Shown: positions 38,099 through 47,055 of the stretch, in pieces
Layout of the letters: every line of letters begins with the position of its first letter
Position numbering within the stretch: the stretch's first letter is position 1
Assembly (NCBI GenBank): GCA_964497315.1
Contig: CAZCCH010000007.1
Location: 4,503 to 68,502 of the forward strand
DNA length: 64,000 bases
Direction: 5' to 3'
From: an uncultured Planctomycetia bacterium
GTDB taxonomy: Bacteria; Omnitrophota; Gorgyraeia; Taenaricolales; CAZCCH01
Notes under the pieces: generated by a model
The model's input: only the letters and a program-made list of their open reading frames with translations
Database searches by the model: none
What the model was told of the DNA's origin: nothing
Translations under genes and position numbers: made by a program

Positions 38099-38911
38099 AT
38101 GAAATTTGCTATTAGAGATGACGATATAAATTATTTTACAAGGCCTGCGGATTTGGAAAAGATTTATAGCACTATTTGGGATAAATGTCCGGTTTGCTTA
38201 GCAACGATTCCCTTTGTTTCTTCTGAAGCAGATGTTCCGATACCGCCTGAATACAGAAATACAAATCAGGTTTTTCCCTTGGGTGATAATGAGCGATTGG
38301 TGCAGTTTTTGAAAAACAAGATTAAGGAGAAAAAAATATCAATTATGCTCCACGGCTATCATCATGAAAAGTATGCCGGAGGCTATGAATTTATAGCTGG
38401 AAAAGATCTTTGCGCAAAGATAGCCAGGGGAAAAAGCCATCTGGAAGAATTGTTTGATATTAAAATAAATACATTCGTTGCCCCGCATACCAGTTTGTCT
38501 AAAGAAGGGCTGGATGCTGTCATCGGGAATGGTTTAAGTTTATTGGGTCCGGGATCCTTATTGCGTCCAAGCAGGCGTTCTTTTCATATCCAAAACATTA
38601 CCCCGTTTGTAAAGTGTAAATGGTATAAATTGCGATATAAAATGAATTACCCTTATGTAATAGATATATCGGGGCATTTGGAATTATATTGCCATGGCCT
38701 TGTGCCGCATGTCAGCATAGATAGCCTTAAAAAAGAATTTGATTTTTGCTATAAGAAAAAGGGTATTTTTTGTTTGAATACCCACTATTGGGAATTTTTT
38801 AAAGATAATAACATGCGGAAGGTCTTTAATGAGCTTTGGCAATATATAGATGGATTCGACAGCTTGAAATTCACGAGTGTAGACAATATTTTTTTATCTT
38901 TTAACAAATAG
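38099..38911 (+). CDS. DUF2334-like polysaccharide deacetylase-family protein (tentative)
   Basis: N-terminus MKFAIRDDDINYFT recalls the xIRDDDxxxFT opening I associate with DUF2334. His-rich block MLHGYHHEKY. Confidence 0.4.
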   Translation: MKFAIRDDDINYFTRPADLEKIYSTIWDKCPVCLATIPFVSSEADVPIPPEYRNTNQVFPLGDNERLVQFLKNKIKEKKISIMLHGYHHEKYAGGYEFIAGKDLCAKIARGKSHLEELFDIKINTFVAPHTSLSKEGLDAVIGNGLSLLGPGSLLRPSRRSFHIQNITPFVKCKWYKLRYKMNYPYVIDISGHLELYCHGLVPHVSIDSLKKEFDFCYKKKGIFCLNTHYWEFFKDNNMRKVFNELWQYIDGFDSLKFTSVDNIFLSFNK

Positions 38912-38938
38912 GATGATTCACATTTATAAGCCAAAGAG

Positions 38939-40063
38939 ATGAGTAAGATGAGAATCAAATTTATAAATCGCAATATGGGGATGATTAGAGGTGGAGGAGA
39001 AACCTTTAATTTAGAAATAGCCAGGGCGTTGCAGGAACTGGGTTGTGAAATAAGTTTCATTATTGGCAGTCCGGTATTTGGAAGGATAAAATATCCCGTT
39101 ACTGAGTTTAGAACCGATTATTGCAGGTCACCTTATTTAAGAAATATTGCCATGAGATTGATTAGAGGCGCTGGAAAGTTAGCCTCTATTGATGCCGCGG
39201 TTTTTGAGAATGCAGCATACAGACTTTTAAGTAAGATGAAAGACTATGATATTATTCAGCTTTGCGGCTGCCCTAACTTGGGCGCAAGAATAGCTAGAGA
39301 TTTAAGAAAGAAAATTGTGCTGTTTATGCCCGGTCCGTCAACTTCTGAGCGTGATGCAGACATAAGGTCATGTAATGTTATCATATCTCACGGAGATGCA
39401 CTGACGCAATTGCGGAATAGGCTGAAAGACAAAAAAGAAATTTTTGAAATCCTTCCTGAAATAAACAGAGAGTTTTTTAAATCAACAGAGACTAATATCA
39501 GAAGAAAATATCAAATTAATGATGACAAATTATTGCTATTCGTTGGCAGGTTTGTGCCTTACAAAAACCTTATATTCTTAATTAGAGTTTTTAAAGAGAC
39601 GCTCAAAGAACATCCGGGAATAAGATTGATGTTGGTTGGAGAAGGTCCTTTTGAAAAAAGGATAAAGAAGGAAGTTAAGAAGCTCAATCTTGCCAAAAAT
39701 GTAGTTTTTACCGGCAATATTCCCCATAATTCCATAGCGCAATATTATTGGTCGGCGGATGCCTTAGTTTTGCCAAGTTCTTATGAATCATTTCCACTTG
39801 TTGTTATTGAGGCTATGGCCTGTGGTTTGCCCGTAGTGGCTGCAAAGGTCGGAGGGATACCTCTCATTGTGGAACATGGCAAAAATGGATTTCTTGCGAA
39901 TAACAATGACGTAGAGGGATTTAAAAATGCAATCATTGCTTTAATAAGCAACAAAAAATTATGCGGGGAAATGGGCAGGAGAAACAGAGAAGAAGTCTTA
40001 GTTAAATACGACTGGATGGAAAGTGCCAGGAAATTAAAAAAAATATACGAGACGCTTATATAA
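38939..40063 (+). CDS. GT4 family glycosyltransferase (copy a)
   Basis: EX7E region LPSSYESFPLVVIEAMACGLPVVAAKVGGIPLIV. The last ~110 nt are nearly identical to the 3' end of 42047..43174. Confidence 0.8.
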   Translation: MSKMRIKFINRNMGMIRGGGETFNLEIARALQELGCEISFIIGSPVFGRIKYPVTEFRTDYCRSPYLRNIAMRLIRGAGKLASIDAAVFENAAYRLLSKMKDYDIIQLCGCPNLGARIARDLRKKIVLFMPGPSTSERDADIRSCNVIISHGDALTQLRNRLKDKKEIFEILPEINREFFKSTETNIRRKYQINDDKLLLFVGRFVPYKNLIFLIRVFKETLKEHPGIRLMLVGEGPFEKRIKKEVKKLNLAKNVVFTGNIPHNSIAQYYWSADALVLPSSYESFPLVVIEAMACGLPVVAAKVGGIPLIVEHGKNGFLANNNDVEGFKNAIIALISNKKLCGEMGRRNREEVLVKYDWMESARKLKKIYETLI

Positions 40064-40069
40064 AATGAA
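39959..40069 (+). repeat. ~110-nt near-identical direct repeat with 43069..43180 (3' ends of the two GT4 paralogs, running through stop to the next ATG)
   Basis: ttatgcggg.aaatgggcaggagaaa.agagaagaagtcttagttaaatacgactggatggaaagtgccaggaaattaaa...atatacgag.cgcttatataaaatgaa, with about 6 mismatches. Confidence 0.85.
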
Positions 40070-40074
40070 TCATA

Positions 40075-40109
40075 TTGAAATTCATGAGTGTAGACAATAT
40101 TTTTTTATC
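40075..40109 (+). repeat. 35-nt copy (1 mismatch) of 38872..38906, fused to a 9-nt copy of the flippase start (ATGAAtCAT): a tandem-duplication junction remnant
   Basis: ttgaaattca(c/t)gagtgtagacaatatttttttatc is present at both sites. Remnant ORF 40065..40121 reads MNHIEIHECRQYFFIMEK. Confidence 0.8.
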
Positions 40110-40121
40110 ATGGAGAAATAA

Positions 40122-40973
40122 GTGACCTGGTTTTCGCACTTAGTATGCCCGTATTGCAGAAAGGGTTTGGATAGGCAGAGTCGGGCTTTGACCTGTACGT
40201 CTTGTGGACGTCTTTATTCGTTGATAGATGGTATACCAATCTTTGCTGATGAGCAGGATTGTAAGCGCTGGGATTTTCGGCAAGTAACTGTAGACACCCC
40301 TCTTTTATTATCCCCTAATAGAGCGAATTATAGAGAGGATGTATTAAAGAATAAGCACACTTATCTGTCCGCTCCGATTAGGGAGCATACTGGCTATATG
40401 CATTATGCAGAATCTTGGAATAGAATTTTGGATTTAGGTTGCGGAGATGGCATTTATTCAGCGCCCTTATCTGAAACGAGCGAAGAAATTTATTGCGTGG
40501 ATGCATCTTTATTAGCTTTAAAAAGACTCAAGAAACGAAATAAAAGAAATATGTTCCCTGTAAATGCCTCCGGATTCAAACTGCCTTTTAAAAATAATTT
40601 TTTTGATGGTGTTTTTTATATTTATGTGATAGAGCATATTGACAGGCCATTGGAAATGTTAGATGAAATTCATCGGGTATTAAAACCTGAAGGTACCCTT
40701 TTGATAGTTACGGATTCAAAGCATTTTTATCAGTGTATCAGGATAATGATAGAATTTTTCAAGTATAGGAGATTTAGGCCAAACGATCCAACCCATATCA
40801 ACTTAATGACGCCTCGTGAGATGAGAGAAATTATCAATAAAAGTAAATTCATTAGCAAGAAGGAAGAATTGCATTATTATCTGCGACAAAGCAGATATAA
40901 ATATGTACCTAAAATCTTGGCCGAACTTTTTTTAACCAGTAGCATGGTTCATACTTGTAAACCAGATAAATAA
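40122..40973 (+). CDS. Trm112-like zinc-ribbon + class I SAM-dependent methyltransferase
   Basis: CPYCRKGL..CTSCGRLYSLIDGIPIF, then ILDLGCGDGIYS. GTG start with GGAG RBS. Confidence 0.6.
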   Translation: MTWFSHLVCPYCRKGLDRQSRALTCTSCGRLYSLIDGIPIFADEQDCKRWDFRQVTVDTPLLLSPNRANYREDVLKNKHTYLSAPIREHTGYMHYAESWNRILDLGCGDGIYSAPLSETSEEIYCVDASLLALKRLKKRNKRNMFPVNASGFKLPFKNNFFDGVFYIYVIEHIDRPLEMLDEIHRVLKPEGTLLIVTDSKHFYQCIRIMIEFFKYRRFRPNDPTHINLMTPREMREIINKSKFISKKEELHYYLRQSRYKYVPKILAELFLTSSMVHTCKPDK

Positions 40974-42062
40974 ATGATGAATAAATTATCGAGTTTCTTT
41001 ATCGTGCTTAAAAAAGGTTTGCTTTTCTGGATGGCCAAAAAGAATAGAGTTTTTTGTAAAGCGCTAAATCCAAAGCCAAACAGTGCAAGTTTCAGGATAA
41101 CGGAACGCTGTAATTTACGGTGCATAATGTGCGGAATTTGGAAGAAACAAACTGGCGATGAGCTGACCACTGAACAGGCAAAGATTATTATAAAACAGAT
41201 TGCGGATATAGGCGTTAGGCAGTTAAGTTTTACTGGCGGAGAGCCGTTTACAAGGCCGGATATATACGATTTAGTCCTGTATTCAAAAAATATGGGGCTT
41301 GAAGTTGGGCTTGGCACTAATGGCCTGTTAATCAACGAGGATAATGCCACAAGGCTTTTGGAATGCGGCTTGAATACAATCGCGATATCGATCGATGGCC
41401 AAAAGATAAACCATGATTATATAAGAGGGGAAGGTTCTTTTGAAAAATCCTTAGCCAGTTTAAAATTATTAAGTACCCTGCGCAACAAATATAGTTTTAA
41501 TTTAAAAGCTTCATTTACAATAATGCAAAGAAATCTAGATGATATCTTGCCTTGCGTGCATTTATTAACCGCTATTAAAAATGTAACCGTGCATTTCAAT
41601 CTCCTGGATTTCACTCCTTATCATTTTAGGCACAGCAAAAATGAGGATTTGATTCTTAATGATTTCAAAAAGTTAGATAACATTTTAGATAACTTGTTGA
41701 TTTTAAAAATGCAAAAACATTTTTTACTTGATATTAATCGCACTTTTATAGACTTCGCAAAAAGATATTTCAGAGATCATAGACAGCAAAAAATTCCATG
41801 TTGCTTGGGATATCTGCGGCTTCATATTGACAGTTCCGGTCAGCTGTTGCCCTGCTGGGCTATGCCGCCAGTGGCTGATTTGAAAACAAAATCATTGAAA
41901 AAAGTATTAAGGGGCAGGTTTTACAAAGATTATTTATTTCAAATGCTTAACAAAAAATGCCCGGGGTGTTCATGCGCAACTGTCAATAATGCAGCACACT
42001 ATTTACCCGGGGTGTTTGAAAGAAATATGAGGCTATTATTCAAAACATGGAAAAGCCGTTAA
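40974..42062 (+). CDS. Radical SAM protein with SPASM/twitch-like C-terminal Cys cluster
   Basis: CNLRCIMCG (CX3CX2C). C-terminal CCLGYLRLHIDSSGQLLPCW...CPGCSC. Confidence 0.7.
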   Translation: MMNKLSSFFIVLKKGLLFWMAKKNRVFCKALNPKPNSASFRITERCNLRCIMCGIWKKQTGDELTTEQAKIIIKQIADIGVRQLSFTGGEPFTRPDIYDLVLYSKNMGLEVGLGTNGLLINEDNATRLLECGLNTIAISIDGQKINHDYIRGEGSFEKSLASLKLLSTLRNKYSFNLKASFTIMQRNLDDILPCVHLLTAIKNVTVHFNLLDFTPYHFRHSKNEDLILNDFKKLDNILDNLLILKMQKHFLLDINRTFIDFAKRYFRDHRQQKIPCCLGYLRLHIDSSGQLLPCWAMPPVADLKTKSLKKVLRGRFYKDYLFQMLNKKCPGCSCATVNNAAHYLPGVFERNMRLLFKTWKSR

Positions 42063-43174
42063 GGATAAAATTTATAAGTCGCAGGATGGGAGCGGCCAGA
42101 GGTGGCGGGGAAACTTTTGATTTAGAGATTGCAAAGAGGCTTAGGCATTTGGGTTGCGAAGTGAATTTTATTACCGCTAGGCACTTTTTTGGAAACATAA
42201 AACATAAAGTTGAAGGTTTTGAAACGACCTATTGCAGAATACCGTATCTTGTAGACCTGGCTATGGCTATTCCTAAAGGTAGCAGTATACTAATGTTTTT
42301 AGATAACTGGCTTTTCGAGTCACAAGTGTTGAGATTATTAAAGAGGAAGAATGAATATGATATAGCTCAGATTTGCTCTTGTCCCAATTTAGGCTATAGA
42401 ACGGTAAGGGAACTAAACAAACCTGCTGTTGTAAGAATGCCGGGGCCAGGATCATTAAAGCTCAATTACAAGCTTAGAGGGTGCAATGCTACTGTAGCCA
42501 GCGGAGATGCGTTTAAAAAGTTAAGAGAAGTTCTTGGGAAAAATGCCCATTATATTTCTAATGGTATAGATGGAGATCTTTTTAAAAGAGTAAAAAGCAA
42601 TAATTTGCGATTAACTTACGGAATTAAAAAAAATGAAAAGATATTGCTATTTGTAGGTAGATTTGTTCCGTATAAGAATCTCCCGTTTCTAATATCTGTC
42701 TTTAGAGAAACGTTAAAAGAAGATTGCAGAATCAAATTGGTACTAATAGGTGAAGGAGCCTTATTTGCTAAGATCAAAAAGTTAACTCGAATTTACAAAA
42801 TTGCCGACAGAGTTATTTTTACAGGTCATATACAACGTGCCGCTCTTGCACAGCATTATTCATTGGCAGATTTGTTTATTTTAGGTTCAAGTTATGAGAG
42901 TTTTCCAAATGCAGTTTTAGAAGCAATGGCCTGTGAATTACCCGTAGTTGCGACGAGAGTTGGAGGAGTCCCCATTATTGTCAAACACGAAAAGAATGGC
43001 CTGCTTGTTAAAAATAATGATGTCGGAGGATTTAAAAACGCTATCTTTACTTTTTTGAACGACAAAGGCTTATGCGGGAAAATGGGCAGGAGAAATAGAG
43101 AAGAAGTCTTAGTTAAATACGACTGGATGGAAAGTGCCAGGAAATTAAAGGAAATATACGAGGCGCTTATATAA
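42047..43174 (+). CDS. GT4 family glycosyltransferase (copy b; paralog of 38939..40063)
   Basis: LGSSYESFPNAVLEAMACELPVVATRVGGVPIIV. C-terminal RRNREEVLVKYDWMESARKLKEIYEALI versus ..KKIYETLI in copy a. The nt block 43069-43180 nearly equals 39959-40069. Confidence 0.8.
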   Translation: MEKPLRIKFISRRMGAARGGGETFDLEIAKRLRHLGCEVNFITARHFFGNIKHKVEGFETTYCRIPYLVDLAMAIPKGSSILMFLDNWLFESQVLRLLKRKNEYDIAQICSCPNLGYRTVRELNKPAVVRMPGPGSLKLNYKLRGCNATVASGDAFKKLREVLGKNAHYISNGIDGDLFKRVKSNNLRLTYGIKKNEKILLFVGRFVPYKNLPFLISVFRETLKEDCRIKLVLIGEGALFAKIKKLTRIYKIADRVIFTGHIQRAALAQHYSLADLFILGSSYESFPNAVLEAMACELPVVATRVGGVPIIVKHEKNGLLVKNNDVGGFKNAIFTFLNDKGLCGKMGRRNREEVLVKYDWMESARKLKEIYEALI

Positions 43175-43175
43175 A

Positions 43176-44696
43176 ATGAACCATGCAAACCAGGTGATAA
43201 GAAGAGGCGGCGGGTTGTTTGGTGCGCGCTTTCTGGTAGCTGTTTTTTCTATTGCATTTGCCGGTATATTCGCCCGCTTATTAACCAAAGAAGAGATGGC
43301 GGCGTTTGTTGTGTTGTTGCTATTGACCAGTTTAACAAGCGCCTTCAAGGAATTAGGCCTATCTACCTCGGCAATAAAATTGGTGCCGGAATTAATAAGC
43401 AGCGATAAAAAAAGTGAAGCGCTAAGCGTTATTAGAACAACGTTCATTGCTCAAGTTTTTGCTGCTGCAGCGCTGGCAACGGCCATTTATATTTTTTCTA
43501 ACCGAATATCAGAATTGTTTTTAAAGACCGGCGAATTTGCGTATTTAATAAAAATTTCCGCCGGTATTGTATTGCTTGATTGTATTTCCGGAAGCCTGGG
43601 AGCGCTATTGCGAGCCGTACAAAAATTCAGAGCCGTTAGCATTATCACGGTTGTTATGGATTTGTCTCAGAGGCTATTGGCGCTGTGCCTGTTTTTGCTT
43701 TTAGGAATAAAAGGTTTCTTTGCCGGTTTTTGCTTCGGTAGCTTTTTACGCCTATTTCTGTCGGTTTATTTTATGCGGAAATATCTATTTGTAAGCTGTT
43801 CCTGGCATCCTTTCTGGAAATTTGCCAGGTTTTCTTTGCCCTATTATGGAGGGAGTATCTGCAGGGTTCTATTGATGCGCCTGGACCAGTTAGCAATAGG
43901 TTTGTTTCTTGCTCCGAGCAGCCTGGCGTTATATTTTGTGTCCAGAAAATTGGTATCTTTTGTTGGAATGGGAATAGAAGCCTTTTTTGAGCCCATTATT
44001 CCGAAAATAGCAGAACTTAAAGCAAGCGGTATTAAAAAAATCGAAGGTGCCTTTAATAAAAACTCAAGATACCTTTCATTTGTGCTCCTGCCGTTAGTTT
44101 TTCTTATAGCCTCTCTGTCTCGCTTTCTTATTCGACTGATAGGCGGGTTAAAATATGCAGATGGAGGTGCGCTGGTGGCTATTTTATGTTTTGCTGTATT
44201 AACGTATGGTTACTTTTCGTTGTACCTTATCTATGTATACGTTATTGGAAAGCCGATTTTCAGGTTAAAGTTGGAACTTTTTGCAACAATTGGTTATTTA
44301 ATACTATGCGGGATTTTGATATATACGTTTAAAGAAATAGGCGTGGCTATAGCGAAATTTGTTACTTTTGGATTAGCTGCTCTATATGCAGGCACCTTGC
44401 TTAAGAAGCAATGCAGGGCGGTGTTTGACAAAGAGGCATTGCGGAATACACTGTTTGCTTCTTTTATTATGTTTTTGGTGTTGGTTGGATTGCAGCTAAT
44501 GTGCTATCGGTTATTTCTTATTCCGATTTATATCTTAATAGGCATTACTGTCTTTATGTTTCCATTCTGTCGAAACTTGAAGAAAAAAGACATTCAATTG
44601 GCAGAACAGCTATTACCAAGAAACTTTTTTTGGATAATTAAAGTTTTTTTCTTTTTTGGAGGCAGTAAACTAAAAGTGGAAATGGCATCGGCATGA
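43176..44696 (+). CDS. Wzx-type oligosaccharide flippase (polysaccharide biosynthesis protein, MOP superfamily)
   Basis: 506 aa with about 12-14 TMs. Position directly after the GT genes. Arg-rich N-terminus MNHANQVIRRGGG. Confidence 0.6.
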   Translation: MNHANQVIRRGGGLFGARFLVAVFSIAFAGIFARLLTKEEMAAFVVLLLLTSLTSAFKELGLSTSAIKLVPELISSDKKSEALSVIRTTFIAQVFAAAALATAIYIFSNRISELFLKTGEFAYLIKISAGIVLLDCISGSLGALLRAVQKFRAVSIITVVMDLSQRLLALCLFLLLGIKGFFAGFCFGSFLRLFLSVYFMRKYLFVSCSWHPFWKFARFSLPYYGGSICRVLLMRLDQLAIGLFLAPSSLALYFVSRKLVSFVGMGIEAFFEPIIPKIAELKASGIKKIEGAFNKNSRYLSFVLLPLVFLIASLSRFLIRLIGGLKYADGGALVAILCFAVLTYGYFSLYLIYVYVIGKPIFRLKLELFATIGYLILCGILIYTFKEIGVAIAKFVTFGLAALYAGTLLKKQCRAVFDKEALRNTLFASFIMFLVLVGLQLMCYRLFLIPIYILIGITVFMFPFCRNLKKKDIQLAEQLLPRNFFWIIKVFFFFGGSKLKVEMASA

Positions 44697-44709
44697 TGGA
44701 GCAAATGCT

Positions 44710-45843
44710 ATGAGGGATTCAGGAGCTACTAAGGTATTGATGGTTGTGGGTACTTTGAACTTAGGTGGATTAGAAATACTTGTAGCCGATTTAGCAAAAA
44801 TTCTTAAAAGAAGATTCAGCTTCCACATCTTATGCATAACCGCGAGAGGAAAATTGTCCAGCCAGTTAGAAGAAGCGGGTATACCGGTTACCTTGATTGA
44901 ATACAAACGGCCTAACATCGCAGCCTTTGCGTTTAAGTTATTCAAATTTTTTAAAAATGAAAATTTCCATGTAGTACATGTCCACTTTCATATTACATCT
45001 CTCTGGGTTATTATCGCCGCTAGATTAGCCGCAGTGCCTGCAGTGGTTACTCACATACACAATACCTATTTTCACAGAGGTTTTCAGGCGTTTAAGGTTC
45101 GAACATATGAAAAGGTTATTTCGTTTTTAGCCGATAAAGAAATAGCTGTTTCAAATGCTGTAAAAGATTTTGTAATAAGGAATTATAAAAAAAAATTCCA
45201 CAAAATACAGGTTATTTACAATGGGATTGATTTGAAAAATTTTTCTGGTAAAGATACATCAGGCATTGAAAGGCAGGAAATTCAGATAGAAGATGGGGCA
45301 CGAATTATCGGTACGGTAGCCAGCCTTACTTTCCAGAAAGGGCACGAATATCTGTTAAGGGCTATGCCTATCATTTTAGAAAGCTGTCCAAAATGCCGGC
45401 TTTTATTAATTGGCAAAGGGTCTTTGGAGCAAACCCTTAAACAGTTAACTAAAGAGCTTGGATTAGAGAAAAAAGTTACTTTTCTTGGCGTAAAAGAAAA
45501 TATTTCTTTGTGGCTAAAAACTATAGATATCTTTGTTTTGCCTTCATTGTGGGAAGGATTGCCTATAGCGTTAATTGAGGCCATGGCTTGTGTTAAGCCG
45601 ATAGTGGCTACTAATGTTGGAGGTATTCCAGAAGTAGTTGAGGATGGCAAAACAGGTATTTTGGTGCCGCCTGGAAATTCGGTCGCTTTAGCCAATGCAA
45701 TACTTTCAATTCTGATTGACAGCAAAAAATCTGATCAGATGGGACAAGCTGGGAAGGCAAGGGCGAATAAACATTTTAGCATAGAAAAAACAGCTTTTCA
45801 AATTGAAAGGCTTTATGCTGAACTGCTTAAAAAGAAATGTTAA
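44710..45843 (+). CDS. GT4 family glycosyltransferase
   Basis: LPSLWEGLPIALIEAMACVKPIVATNVGGIPEVV. Confidence 0.8.
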   Translation: MRDSGATKVLMVVGTLNLGGLEILVADLAKILKRRFSFHILCITARGKLSSQLEEAGIPVTLIEYKRPNIAAFAFKLFKFFKNENFHVVHVHFHITSLWVIIAARLAAVPAVVTHIHNTYFHRGFQAFKVRTYEKVISFLADKEIAVSNAVKDFVIRNYKKKFHKIQVIYNGIDLKNFSGKDTSGIERQEIQIEDGARIIGTVASLTFQKGHEYLLRAMPIILESCPKCRLLLIGKGSLEQTLKQLTKELGLEKKVTFLGVKENISLWLKTIDIFVLPSLWEGLPIALIEAMACVKPIVATNVGGIPEVVEDGKTGILVPPGNSVALANAILSILIDSKKSDQMGQAGKARANKHFSIEKTAFQIERLYAELLKKKC

Positions 45844-47021
45844 AAGACAAAACATTAGCTATATTTTCCCTGCGGACATTTTTAAAGACACGAGATGGAT
45901 ATCTGTCTTCAAGCCCCATGGGGGAGTATTTGGAGAAATATTGTTCTTATTTCAAGGAAGTCCTATTATATGCCCCTGTGGTAAATAAAGATATTTTTGG
46001 AAAATACGATTTTAAATTCAGCAAGCCAAATCTGACTTTTCGTTGCATTCAGCAATGTCCTGTTTCAGGGCCGCACAAGATAGCGAAGTATGCCAAGTTT
46101 ACTTTTTTTATTATCAGGGATATTAGGCGCTGGGATGTAGGATTGATTTTCTTCCCCGGTTTTTTGGGCCTCCTGGCTTTTGTTCTGTCGAAGGTCTTTT
46201 CAAAGAAAACGGTGCTATACATAGCAGGGGATTGGGGAGAAAGCATCAGGGCAGAATCGCTGCAAACAAAAAAGGTGCCGGCATTACTGAAGGAGCTTTT
46301 AGCAAATTTTTATTTTATTATTTCTAAATTTGTGGTGAAATGTTCTCATGTGACCCTGGTTGCCGGGATGGCGCTATATGAGCGATATTGGGCTGAAGGA
46401 AAACTAATCGCTAGGCGTTTTCCAATAATGAAAATAACGCCAGAGAATTTTTATTATCGGCAAGATAGCTGTCTTGAAAAAGAAATAGCGCTGCTTTACG
46501 TGGGCCCTATTATTGCCAGAAAAGGAATAAGGTATTTGTTGGAAGCAGTGAGCGCGTTGCGAAAAGAAAGGATAGCGGTTAACTTAGAGCTTGTCGGCCA
46601 GGGAGTCGACAACGATTATTTTAAAAAATATGTTCAAGATTTGGAAATTTCAAAATATTGCCGGTTTGTCAATTATATTTCAAATGGCGAGAAGCTTTTT
46701 AACGTATATCGAAAGTCCGATGTATTTATCTTGCCTACTTTGACAGAAGGAGAACCAAGAGTTTTATATGAAGCAATGAGCCAGGGGTTGCCGATTATAT
46801 GCACGGCTATTGGAGGGATACCAGGTTTGGTAAAAAATCAGGAGAATGGATTATTATTGCCTCCGCGGTCGGCAATTTCAATATCAACAGCCATCAAGCG
46901 GATTATTAGCGGCAAGGCTCTAAGGATGAAGATAATAGCAAACAACTACAAGGTAGTTAGTGAGGCTTGCGATAAAGATCCGGTTTTACAGGTCGTTGAG
47001 CTCATACAAAAACACCTGTAA
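45837..47021 (+). CDS. GT4 family glycosyltransferase
   Basis: LPTLTEGEPRVLYEAMSQGLPIICTAIGGIPGLV. Confidence 0.75.
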   Translation: MLKDKTLAIFSLRTFLKTRDGYLSSSPMGEYLEKYCSYFKEVLLYAPVVNKDIFGKYDFKFSKPNLTFRCIQQCPVSGPHKIAKYAKFTFFIIRDIRRWDVGLIFFPGFLGLLAFVLSKVFSKKTVLYIAGDWGESIRAESLQTKKVPALLKELLANFYFIISKFVVKCSHVTLVAGMALYERYWAEGKLIARRFPIMKITPENFYYRQDSCLEKEIALLYVGPIIARKGIRYLLEAVSALRKERIAVNLELVGQGVDNDYFKKYVQDLEISKYCRFVNYISNGEKLFNVYRKSDVFILPTLTEGEPRVLYEAMSQGLPIICTAIGGIPGLVKNQENGLLLPPRSAISISTAIKRIISGKALRMKIIANNYKVVSEACDKDPVLQVVELIQKHL

Positions 47022-47055
47022 AAATCCGCGTTAATGAAGAAATAAGGAGGCGCTA

